A stretch of DNA of 64,000 bases from a virus, in IMG/VR virus record IMGVR_UViG_3300046370_000603; one strand, given 5' to 3'. The notes beneath the pieces are model-generated. The model was not told the origin of the DNA. It did not search any database and saw nothing but the letters and a program-made list of their open reading frames with translations. The position numbers were made by a program, and so were the translations under genes. Of the stretch, positions 9,685 to 21,500 are shown piece by piece. Position 1 is the first letter of the stretch. Every line of letters begins with the position of its first letter.

Positions 9685-9969
9685 ATGAAAAAAGAAAGGG
9701 AATTGCTTGAATTTCAAGTAGTTAGATCAATTACAAGTTTATATAAATATTTTTTAGGTTTAGTTGAAGAACTGCAAAAGGATCATGATACGCAGTTTGA
9801 TAAGTTAAAACAGGCTATACCTGACCAAGAAAATATATTAAATCAAGCGGAGTATTTAGATGAAGCTCAATTAAATTTTTTGAGAAAAAAAATACTAGAT
9901 TCGGGCAATGATGCCAGGAGGGAATTAATTTCTTATATGGAAAATTTTGATATAAAAATCAAAAAATAA
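9685..9969 (+). CDS. Hypothetical helical protein
   Basis: 94 aa ORF; AAAGGA and an extended -10 (TGTTATAAT, 9642-9650) upstream. Confidence 0.7.
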   Translation: MKKERELLEFQVVRSITSLYKYFLGLVEELQKDHDTQFDKLKQAIPDQENILNQAEYLDEAQLNFLRKKILDSGNDARRELISYMENFDIKIKK

Positions 9970-9984
9970 TTTTATTATATAAGT

Positions 9985-10692
9985 ATGGCAAAAATAAACC
10001 ACGATAAGAAAGCTCTCTTCTTTCACGTTCCTAAAAATGCAGGAACATCTTTAAGTGTATTTTTAAATTCTCAAGGGTGGGAAAATGTAAGATATTCTCC
10101 AATTGATGGAGAGAGAGATGATGTTGCCCCTAGTTTTAGTTACGCGAGGGGATGTTGTCAAAGAATTAAACATAACTTTAAATTAATTGCTAAAAAAAAT
10201 ATCGTAGCAAGCTTGGCAGACTCCAAGCCTATTTATATTGATATAATCAATGATAATGAAAAAAAATGCTACAAAAACATTAATCAAAATACATGGAAAG
10301 ACTATTTCAAATTTGCATTTACTAGAAACCCTTGGGATAGGGTAGTATCTGCTTGGAAAAACCGATCAAGTATTGAAAAGTTTGAAGATTTTGTAAATGT
10401 TTTACCAGCTCCCAAGAATAAGATTGATCTATGTTGGCATACTATGCCTCAGTATGATCATCTTTTTGATGAAGATGATAATCTTATGGTCGATAAGTTA
10501 TATCGAGTGGAAAATTTACAAGATGATTTAAAAGAAATTTGTGATCAATTTCAATTAAATTACACAACTATCGGAAAAATAAATTCATCAAAAAGGAAAC
10601 CGTATTGGGAATACTACACTGATGAAATGGCGGAAAAAATATCAATAATATACAAAAATGATATTGAAAAATTTAACTACAAATATAGGTAA
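9985..10692 (+). CDS. Sulfotransferase family 2 protein (HNK-1/chondroitin-4-ST-like)
   Basis: 5'-PSB FFHVPKNAGTS; 3'-PB FAFTRNPWDRVVSAW; C-terminal YWEYY...YKNDIEKFNY. Confidence 0.9.
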   Translation: MAKINHDKKALFFHVPKNAGTSLSVFLNSQGWENVRYSPIDGERDDVAPSFSYARGCCQRIKHNFKLIAKKNIVASLADSKPIYIDIINDNEKKCYKNINQNTWKDYFKFAFTRNPWDRVVSAWKNRSSIEKFEDFVNVLPAPKNKIDLCWHTMPQYDHLFDEDDNLMVDKLYRVENLQDDLKEICDQFQLNYTTIGKINSSKRKPYWEYYTDEMAEKISIIYKNDIEKFNYKYR

Positions 10693-10700
10693 AAGGAATT

Positions 10701-11552
10701 ATGAATATTACAGAAAAAAACACATTATACTCATTCTCAATTGATTTAAATAAAGAAGTTGAGGAAGAGGTTGAAAAAAAGTCAAAAAGAAAAAACAAGG
10801 AGACTGGAAAAATGGAAGTTATTACATCCAAAGAAAAAGTAACAGTCAAAAAAGATGTTCCATATAAAATTGTGATCAAAAAACCTAATCGAAGCGAACT
10901 CGAAGAAGGTGACATGTTTTACAGTTTGGAACTTAATAAATTTATAAAAATGGGCATGCTTACAAAAGCCATGCTAGCAAAACAATACGGAAACCAAGGC
11001 GGAGTTTGGTCAGAAAAAGAGCAGAAATTGTATTCTGAATTGTTGTATAAAATGCACAGCAAGCAATTAGAGGTTCAGCAGTTTTCTATTTTAGGAGATA
11101 ATGGCAAACTATCAGAAAGGCAACAAGCTAAGCTTGAGCAAGCTGTTAGAGAGATGTCTGAGATAAAAAAAGACTTAACAGAATATGAAATGGTTCAAAA
11201 TTCTTTGTTTGATCATACTGCAGATGTCAAGGCTAGAAATAGAGCTATCATGTGGTACATTCTGCATTTAACTTATTTCGTTGAAGGTGATGCAGATGAC
11301 GCGCCATTTGAAAACATGTTTGAAGGAGATTCTTTTAAAGAAAAATATGAATCTTACGAACAGTCAGAAGAAGAAGGTGATGAGTTATATCAAAAAATTA
11401 TCGATAAGGTATCTTCTATTGTGACTATTTGGTACGTAAGTGGAACTCAAGGTCAAGAAGGTTTAGATGATATTTTTAACGAAATGAAACAACAAAATCA
11501 AGACGAGGATGAACTTGTTGAGCCCACGGAAGAAGTGGAGGAGCCCGCTTAA
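10701..11552 (+). CDS. Putative tail assembly chaperone
   Basis: Acidic helical protein between tube and TMP genes; AAAAGGA upstream. Confidence 0.55.
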   Translation: MNITEKNTLYSFSIDLNKEVEEEVEKKSKRKNKETGKMEVITSKEKVTVKKDVPYKIVIKKPNRSELEEGDMFYSLELNKFIKMGMLTKAMLAKQYGNQGGVWSEKEQKLYSELLYKMHSKQLEVQQFSILGDNGKLSERQQAKLEQAVREMSEIKKDLTEYEMVQNSLFDHTADVKARNRAIMWYILHLTYFVEGDADDAPFENMFEGDSFKEKYESYEQSEEEGDELYQKIIDKVSSIVTIWYVSGTQGQEGLDDIFNEMKQQNQDEDELVEPTEEVEEPA

Positions 11553-11561
11553 TCATGGTTC

Positions 11562-12551
11562 ATGAACGAAAAAGATTTAGATAATTTATTCGTAGAGATT
11601 AAGAGAGGCTTTTCTGTTTTAAAATTCCAGGAAAGCCTTTTTTATGTAAAGCACCCAGGAATAAAAGAAATTGAACTACTCAATAAGGATAGAGCCAATC
11701 TCTTATTGAAAGCTAAAAAAAAAGGTATACCAACAGAAGAAGAGCTTTTTCAAACATTGAATGAAACTGAACAATGGACAAGCGAAGATGAAAAAAAATT
11801 ATCAAACAATCTATTAGAAGTCAAGAATCTTGAGCAAACCATGATGAATCTAATGAAAGATTCTGAAAAAGCTCCTCTTCAAAGCAGGCTTGATGAAATT
11901 AAAAATGAAACCCAAGAGCTGCAAAGCATAAGGAGTAGTCTTATTAGAATAAGTGCTGAAAAATACGCAAACAAAAAAAGTAATGAAAATTTTCTTCAAA
12001 AATCTTTATACAAAGATTCTGAATGCATGCAACATCATTGGACAGAAGATGAGTTTAATGAAATAGATATTATAACTATACAAAATTTATATGATTCTTA
12101 CAATAAACTCATGGAAAAATTTAGTGATAAAAACATTCAGCAAATATCTATATCAGGAATTTTTAAAAGTTTATTAAATCTTTATGATAAAAATATATCT
12201 AATTTTTTTAAAAAACATCCTTTGGATTTAAGTTATTATCAAATTAATTTATTAAATTATGGAAAAATGTTTACAACCATTTTTGAAAATAAAGAAATCC
12301 CAGAAGATATATCAAATGATGCTGAAAAAATAATAAAGTATTTAGAAGAATCAAAAATAAAGAAAAAGAAAGCTCAAAGAGTTTTAGATAAATCAAACAG
12401 TTCTGATGGATTTTCATATGTTGGAGCAACGCGTAAAGACTTAGATAGTATGGGGGTCAAGAAACAAGGAGGGAAAGACATTCATAGCCTAGCTGCAGAC
12501 AAGGGCGGGGAATTGAGTATGGAAGATTTCATGAAGATCCATAAGAAATGA
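11562..12551 (+). CDS. Putative second tail assembly chaperone
   Basis: Helical 329 aa ORF directly before the TMP gene. Confidence 0.5.
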   Translation: MNEKDLDNLFVEIKRGFSVLKFQESLFYVKHPGIKEIELLNKDRANLLLKAKKKGIPTEEELFQTLNETEQWTSEDEKKLSNNLLEVKNLEQTMMNLMKDSEKAPLQSRLDEIKNETQELQSIRSSLIRISAEKYANKKSNENFLQKSLYKDSECMQHHWTEDEFNEIDIITIQNLYDSYNKLMEKFSDKNIQQISISGIFKSLLNLYDKNISNFFKKHPLDLSYYQINLLNYGKMFTTIFENKEIPEDISNDAEKIIKYLEESKIKKKKAQRVLDKSNSSDGFSYVGATRKDLDSMGVKKQGGKDIHSLAADKGGELSMEDFMKIHKK

Positions 12552-12580
12552 GTGTATATCTATAAAAGGCAAAAGGAATC

Positions 12581-15500
12581 ATGAGTGTTGTAAACATACC
12601 TACAGCTGCTACAGGTTATAGGCAGAGTATTATTAGAGACGCGCAAGGAGCTCAGCGCGTAGTTAATCGTATGCAAATGTCTCCAACCCTAAACCCATCT
12701 GGAATCATTCAGCCTTTGGGTAGAATAACTAATTCAGCAAGCGAATTTCAAAAATCAATGGATGCATCTGCAGCCCGTGTTTTTGCTTTTGGCGCCGCAG
12801 TGGGTGTTATTAATGGGGTTAGTGAAGCTTTTAGGGCGATGATAGCAGCTACAGCAGAAGTTGAAAAATCTCTGAAAGATATTCAGGTTGTAATGGAAGC
12901 TTCAAACAGTGCTATGCAAAAATTTGGAGATGGATTATTTGATGTAGCCAGAAATACTGCCACGTCTTTCAAGGATGTAGCTGAGTCAGCCACGGAACTG
13001 GCTAGGCAAGGTTTAAGTGCAGAAGAAACGTTAGCCAGGGTAAATTCAGCCTTAATACTTAGCAGGCTTTCTGGCCTAGATGCTGTCAAATCTACAGAGA
13101 CTTTAACAGCGGCAATCAACTCTTTTAATAAAGAGGGTATAACTCATTCAGAAATTGTAAATAGAATGGCTAATGTTGACGCTGCATTTGCGGTATCTTC
13201 AGCTGATTTAGCAGAAGCGATCTCAAGAGCTGGAGCTGTTGCGCAATCTTCTGGAGTTTCTTTTAATCAGTTAGCAGCTGTAGTTACTGCAGTGCAGCAA
13301 AGAACTGCCAGAGGCGGATCTGTAATAGGTAATGGATTTAAGAGTATTTTTACTAGAATAAAAAGGAGTGGTGTTCGAGAGGCTTTAGAGGAAATAGGAG
13401 TTGCTACTAAAAACAACGACGGAAGCTTTAGGGACTCAATGTCTGTTATTTTGGATTATGCAGATGTATATAAAAATTTGAGCGATAGCCAAAAAGCTTA
13501 CACAGCGGAACAATTAGCTGGAGTTTATCAAATACAAAATTTACAAGCATTAATCCAAGATCTGAATAGTGGATATTCAATATATAATAAAGCTTTAGGA
13601 GTCGCTAATAATACAACAAACGAAGCAATTCAAAGAAATAAAGACTTAAATACAACTCTATCCGCAATGTTTACGCAAACTCAACTAAGCGCTAAAGAAT
13701 TAGCTTCCTCTTTAGGTGAATTGGCGCTATCAGGAAACTTTAAAGAAATATTAACTTTTTTAAATAACTTAGCTCAAAAACTGAATGATCTTTTATCTGA
13801 GGATGGAGGCAATAATTTAGCTAAAAATTTAGTGCGAGGCATTGGTAGTTTTTTAACTGGCCCTGGGATGGTAATACTTGGAGCAGCTTTCCTTAAGATT
13901 TTTGGATTAGTTACGAAATTTGCTAAAGAAGCTTTTTCCGACATCTTAGGTTTAAATAAAGAATCTAAAAGGCAGCAAAGCCTACAAGCTGCAATAGGGC
14001 AAGTATTGAGCACCAACTCTGGAATTTACCAAAAAATATTGGCTGCTGGAAGTAATACCGCAAAACAAGAGCAGATAATACTGAATTTAATAAGGCAAGA
14101 AACAGCTGAAAGAATCAAGCAAGAAGCTCTGATAAAAAGAATTGCAGCTAGTTCGCGATTGGTTGGTATAGGTGCGTCAGAATCTGGATTTGTACCAATG
14201 GGCAAAAAAACAGCTCAAGCAAGAGGCCGAAAAGTTTTAGGCATGTCAAATGGGTTTTTACCCGCTTTTAACAGAGAGCAAAGAGATATAAATACTGGAG
14301 TAGGCGGAGCAAGAAAATCAGATAAACCTGTCTTACTTAAAAACCATAAAATGGGCGGCGGTAAAGTTAATGATGTTGTAGCTCATACTGGTGAATGGAC
14401 TGTTAGGAATTTTAAAGGCTCGGGGGGTACAGCTATTTTTAATAGAGACATGGCATCAGCTTATGGACTGCCTTCTGGTGCAAAAAAAATTAATGCATCT
14501 AGCGGATTTATCCCGAATTTTGCAAAATTTACCAACGAAAGCCATACAATGACATCCGCCCAACTAGGAGGGTCTCAATCTGGCAAGGGGCCAATATCTA
14601 GACTTTCAGATGTGATTGATAGTTTCACTGGAAAAATAAAAGTCGCTAAAATGGATTTTACCAATAAAGACTTAGGTAAAAATGCAACAGATATTGTCAG
14701 AGGAAATAAGGCGCAAAACATACCTGGATTGATAGAGTCCGACCCAAAAGCTTTAAGAGCTGGGAGAACTAAATATAGAGTTAATAAAAAAGCAGTTGGA
14801 ATGCTTAATAAAAGATACGGGAATTTAGTAAAAGATGGTCCTTATGCTGGTATAGTTACAACGGCGAAAAGCATTAGCGAGAGCAAATATAACAATTATA
14901 AAACATCACAAGGTCAGCCTGATCAAATAAAAGATTATTTTAAAAGTGTTACTGGACTTCTAAAGGGTGTTGAAGGAGAGCATCAAAGTATTAAATATTT
15001 AGCTAATAGCGGTTTGAAAAATGTTAAACCTATACAAGGGGCAGGAAGTTTTGATTTATCCGCAAAAAACTCAAAGGGCAAAAAAGCAAAAATGTTTGAA
15101 GTTAAGGCTAAAGAAAAACAAAACGTGGTGGTTGGACTAAAAAAAGCTGCAGATCAATATTTAAAATTAAAAGCAATTACTCAAAAAAACTCAGGGCAAG
15201 ACCCGATTGGCATCAAAAACGGAAGACCAGATAAAATAAATTTAACTTCAGGCAACGCATTGTTTGCTGGGGGCATTAATATGTTAACAGCTGCAGATAC
15301 AAAACTTTCAGCTAATAAAATCAGTCCTCTTTCAGAAGAAAATAAAAAATTCAAACAAGAAGAGGTTTTCAAACAAATAAAAAGTTTTACAAATTTAGAT
15401 TTTAAAGACAGGCAAGCTTTATATAAAGATAAAACTAATGAAGAAATTTGGTCAAAAGCCAGAAAAGCTCTAGAAGATAAACCCAAAGATCAATTAAATT

Positions 15501-18500
15501 TTTACCTCAGAAGTTTGCAGAATAAGAACTCAGAGGAGTCTGAAGTTGTAAAAAATTATTTAAAGAATTTAATAAAGAAAAAAGAAGATCGAAACTCTAA
15601 AGCTCATTCTTTGTTTTTAGATCCTAATTATAATATTCCACCTGGAGGAATAAGAAACGCTGTAAGCGGATTTGTGCCTAATTTTATGGTCAAGAGACCT
15701 GGCATGGGTAAGAGTGGGTCAGTTTATTCTATACAAAGAGGAAAAGATAGAGTTCTGAACGTGTCTCATATAAGAGCTAATGAAGGTGAGTTTGGGTCAA
15801 CTATATATAGAAACTTAATTAATGAAATAGTTAATGCGGCAAAATCAGGAAATCCTTATACTAAAATTGATGCAGGCTCTATTATTGGACCAAGAATACC
15901 AAGAGCTTTATTAGCTGCAAAAAAAATACTAGACCGAAAAAGAATTACTCAAAATATACCAAAGTTAGAACTAGAAGGAGTTCTTGTCCCCAAACAATTA
16001 AGGCGCAGAGTTGAGGAGTTTAGGCAAAATAATTATACTCGTAGTGGCGGAAAGTTTAATACTGAAGATTCGGTTGAATATTTGCCAGGAGAAGAATCAA
16101 AGCTTATAGATTCATTAAGAAGAATTGGGTTAGGTAGAAACGCTCACAAAAGAAAAAACCTTGTAAGGTTGGAAAACTTGCCAATTGGTAAAAACTTTTC
16201 TGACGGATTTATTCCTAATTTTGCAAAAAACGCTTTATCTGAAGCTATTAATAGAGAAAGAGAAGCTGGAGTACCTCAATCAAGAATTAGGGTAGAAAGA
16301 AGTGCTGATTTAGTATCAAAACATAACCCAATGGGATTAGCAGTAACTAATACCAGAGATGAACCACTTGGTTTAAATCAAGGTATCAGAAGAGCAAAGA
16401 TGGAAGGTGTTAATCCCAAAACTTATGGATCAGGTAGAAATACAACTCCAAATTTTGCAGCGGGAGTCCAAACCACCAAAGGATTTTTTACCACACAAAG
16501 AATTAATAGATTAAAAGATGGTGATTTTGCCAAGGATAGCAGCGGAAATAAAGTCTATTTAAATATGTTTTCGCCTGATGATCAAAAGAAAATATTGGGC
16601 TTTAAAGCTACACATTCAAAGGAAAATATAGCTAAAGCAAAACAAGTCTCTAGAGATAAAAAAAATAAAACACCTCTGATTGACGCATCTACTCAAGCAA
16701 CAATGCTTGTAGCAACAAATAATTTAAGAAGAAGAGTAGATACGAAATTCAAAACTGACAAAGGTGACGTAAGATTAAAGTATAGAGTTGAAGGGTTAAA
16801 ACCAGGAGCCCTTAAAAATACCGAGGGGAAAATAAGAGACAGAATTGGTGACTTAATGCTAAAGGAGTCTACCTTTTTAGCGAAAGAAATGTCTGGAGCT
16901 GGAAAATTCGGTATGAATGTTCCGAATGTTACTAGAATGGCAAATGCAGGTAGCATAGGATCTGCCGCTGGATCAATTTTTGAAACAGCCTTGCAGACTG
17001 TAGGGAAAAATAAATTATTTACAAGAAACAATGCTAGCTTCGATATAGCTGGTGCACCTGATGAAAAATTACAAAAACTTTTTGGATATTACACTCCTTA
17101 TGCTGATGCAAAAATAGGTTTAAACCCAGATACAAAAAGAGATTTTAATCAAAAAGTTTTAAAAATTCCTCAAAATGCGGTTCAGTTATCCAAAACTCAA
17201 AAAACTAAACAAGCTGAAGTCTCTAGGGCTACTAGAAAAAGCTATGGACCGCTTACAAGAGCAACAGTAGGTTATATCCCTAATTTTGCAAAACTAACTA
17301 AAAGACAGAAACAAGATTTTGTCAATTCTGGTTTTGCAAAAAATCACAGAGAAGCGAATGCTAAATATAATTTTAGGGATCATCATTACTTAATAGAGAA
17401 AAAACTATCTAATAAAGAATGGTTGAAGCAGAAAGCGTTTGATCGTGACTATGCAAAAATGACTGGTGTTACAAAAAGAAATACAGCGTATTACGGAACT
17501 TATCCAGGATCACAGCGGGATTACCCAGTTCAACAATCAAGGGCTGTAGCGAGAAACGCTAATGTAGGAGCGAGAGGCGCTGCAATGTCAACTGGAATAG
17601 TTAATCAGTTAAATAGCACGGTTCAAGGCTTAGTTAGTAGAGTATCTAATATCGAAAAACAATTAAATATAGAAAATCTATCTAATGGTTATATACCAAA
17701 TTTTGCTAAAAAAGAATCGTTTAAGCAAAAACAAGCAAGACTACGTAAAGCTGTGAAAAACAACCCTAATGATAAGGGAGCTAAAGAAGCTTTACAAAAG
17801 GCTGAGGCCACAAGACGTGGTAATATAAAACAAAACCAAAAAGACAATCAAGAAAGTAAAGATTCTAAAAGAACAAAAGGTTCCACTTACAGCACAGATT
17901 ATAATAAAAAATCTCAAGATCCGTCAGTTTCCAACCAAGACAAACTTAGAGAAATTATGAGATCTGCTCCAGCTGAAAGTATATCGCAAGTAGAAGTCGA
18001 AGAGTTTGAAAGAAATAAAAAAGCTAAAAATTATATTCCTACGGAAGGTGAAATCACTAGAATCTCAAATCGTGTCGAAAGTGTTTCAAGCGCAAACACC
18101 GCTACAAAACTTTCGCAAGCTGTTGCTCAAGCCCAAATCCCTAAAGGAGAGGCTAAAGAGATTATCAAGGCTGTAAATGTTGCTACTGATGGAGATTTTA
18201 AAAAATTGAAAAATCCAGAAGTGGCGAGGGGGGTACAAAACCAATTATCGAAAATTGAAGATAGAATAACTATTGTTAACCGAGCTCAATCCACAATTCA
18301 AGAAATAAGAAAATTAGTACAAGAAGCTAGTGCTCAGAAAATTGATTCAACTAAAAATGGGTGGAAAAACTTTGTAAAGCAGATTGACGCTAAAGCAAGC
18401 ATGAAAAAACTACTTGAAAAATCTCAAGATTTTATCATGAAAGGAGCTGGAAGTGGAAAGAATCCCTATATATCCGCGATACAGCGGCAAAAAAGATATT

Positions 18501-21500
18501 TAAAAAAATATAAATATAAAAGAGAGCCTGATAATTCATTTCAAAGATTTGGAAATGAAATCAAAAAAAGTGCAGAGAGAAGATATGCAGAAATAATGGG
18601 CATCAAACGAGAGGTAGTAAATCCATTTAAATCTATATATAAAGGTGGCACTTCATTCTTGGATTCAGCAGGAGCAAAAGCATTTAAAGGAGTATCAAAA
18701 GGATTAAAATTCATAGGCAGTGCGGGTAAAAGTATCGGTGGTCCATCTGCAAAATATTTAAAAGAAAGTATATCAGGCGTACCTGTTATGATTGGTAATG
18801 ATCAAGTACATCTCAAGCGAGAAGACGCTAAAACTTTTAAAATTAAAAACAGCAATATAAAAGCTGATTTCGCTGCCACCCAGGAAGATTTGATGGATTT
18901 ATTAAGAGGTAGAAAAGCTGGTAGTAACGATGATGTTTTTGAGCTGGAAAAAAAATTAGATAGAATAAAAATTCAAAAACAAGCAATTGACGATTTTTAC
19001 AAAAAATATTCTAAAAAAATTGTACCACAAAAAAAATCTAGAACATTTAACACTAAATCTAGATTCGGACGAAGAAGATTTGCTGGAGGTTTTATTCCAA
19101 ACTTTAGTAAGCTAGCAAACTTAATACTCGCTCACAATAAAAAAGTTCAAGCGTCTAAACCTTTAGGCGATAAAGAATACTCAAGTTTAAGTGGTAGGAT
19201 AGCTGATTTCAATAAAAGAGTTCAGGGCTCAGGTAAAAGCTCAATGAAGAATAGGCCTATAACTTCTTTGGACAGAAAACAGCCTTTCAAGATTAGCAGA
19301 AGAAATAGACTAGAGGACCTAGATAATGTAAAAAGATTCGTAAACTCGGATGAGTTCAAGATGTTAGATAAAAACTTACAAAGTAAACTTTTATTATATT
19401 ACAACAAACGGAAATCTGAAATTGCATCACTGAAGGATTTAGATCCTCAATACCTTAGGCATTCTAGCGATCCAATGTATCAAGGAAAAATTGCAAACAG
19501 GAGTTCTGGTTTTGTTCCTAACTTTAGTAAGTTGGCGAATTTAATACTGACGCACAATAAAAAAGTTCAAGCGTCTAAACCTTTAGGCGATAAAGAATAC
19601 TCAAGTTTAAGTGGTAGGATAGCTGATTTCAATAAAAGAGTTCAGGGCTCAGGTAAAAGCTCAATGAAGAATAGGCCTATAACTTCTTTGGACAGAAAAC
19701 AGCCTTTCAAGATTAGCAGAAGAAATAGACTAGAGGACCTAGATAATGTAAAAAGATTTATGAACTCGGATGAGTTCAAGATGTTAGATAAAAACTTACA
19801 AAGTAAACTTTTATTATATTACAACAAACGGAAATCTGAAATTGCATCACTGAAGGATTTAGATCCTCAATACCTTAGGTATTCTAGCGATCCAATGTAT
19901 CAAGGAAAAATTGCTAATTACGGAAATGGATTTATGCCAAATTTTGCGCTAGATCAGGCTATAGCTAGAGAATCCGAGGCTTTAAAGAAAAGGGGGGTTT
20001 CTTCAAATAAAATAAAAGTAGAAAAAAGTTCATATTTAAAAAGTGCAATGAATCCCATGGGCCTTGCTGTAACGAATGCAGTCGATGAGCCGATGGGTGT
20101 TCAGCAAGGAATCAATAGAGTAAAAAAACAAGGGTTAAATCCAAAAACTTACGGTGTACCTTCATTCGCTTTATCTGCAGAAGAAAAAAGGTTAGAAAAA
20201 GAAAAAGCTGACTTCAAATTAGAGCAAGAAAGTAAACGAGGTAGATTTTTAGGTAGATCACAATTTTTGAATCCTTACGCTGGGCTGGATGATGATGAAG
20301 CTTTTAAACTTAAAAAAGATCAAGAGGCATATAAGGAAAAAACAAAAGGCACTAAAGGTATCAAAAGGTATATGCAGCACGGCATGTCTCCAGAAGGTCA
20401 AAGAAGAATGTCTGTAGTGGGAGGCAAAATGGGTAACGCTGCAATGGGAGCTATGTTTATGGGGCCAATGGCTGCAGAAATGATTCGAGATGGAAGAGAA
20501 GATGCTGCTATAGGCGGAGGAGGAAGAATGGGTATGGATGTAATGAATTCAGCGGCACTAGGAGCTGCTTTTGGACCTTGGGGCATGGCGCTTGGAGCTG
20601 GTTATGGAGTTGGAAAAGGTATAACAGAATTTGGTCAAAGAGATAAGCAAGCTAATACCTTCAAAGCTTTAGAGGGAGCTAAAAAGAAGCTTGATGAAAT
20701 CATGAGTGATACTTCCAGTATGCAAAGTTTTGCTCAGGGAGTTCAAGAGTTGCATGTTGCTACTCAATCAGGTGATTCAAAAGGTATTGTTGCAGCAAAT
20801 AAACAAATCAGGCAATCTATTAATAATATAGCCGACCCAGAGGTTAGAAAGAGAATGCAGTCGCTTGCAAAATCAAGCATGAGCTCTTCAAAAAAATTAG
20901 AGTTGCTAGGTGCAGCAATTGGTAACATGGGCGAAGAAGCTGAAAAAAGATCTGGCATGCTTGCAGCTGGGAAAAGTGCAAATGACGAAAGATTTGCTGG
21001 AGCTAATGGGTTTCAAGATAGTTGGTTCGGAACTGGGGTTCAGGGAACAGTTGCTGGAGCAAAAACAGCGTTTGATTTTTTAACAGGGGGTGGGAATACT
21101 TTCGATTACAACATGAAAACTTTAGGCGGAGAAGATGCTTTTCAAGGAAATCTTGGAGCAGCTAAAGACCAAGCAAGGTCATTAAACCAAGCCTTTAAAG
21201 CAGAAGCTAAAAGAATGGCTAGAGAAAACTTATACACAGATTTATCGAAAGGTAGGGGTCCGATAGCCGCTCCAGAACTCGTAGGAAAAACTAGTGAAGA
21301 AATTGAGCTCATGCGACAAAATGATGTAGGGTTAGACGCAAAATTAAGCCAAGAGCAGGATATAGCGTATGCACAATTGTATAAAGATACAATAAAGCAG
21401 TTTATGAATAATAAAAAATTATCTGATACAGATATAGGAAAAAACTTAAAACAGCTTCCTGGCGGCGAAGAAAGTTTCGAAAATTTTGATCGACAAACTA

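Noticed and set aside
15686-16204. GNAT acetyltransferase as a TMP cargo module (HIRANEGEFGSTIY)
   Set aside because: Only a faint resemblance to the acetyl-CoA loop; cannot be supported without a profile search.
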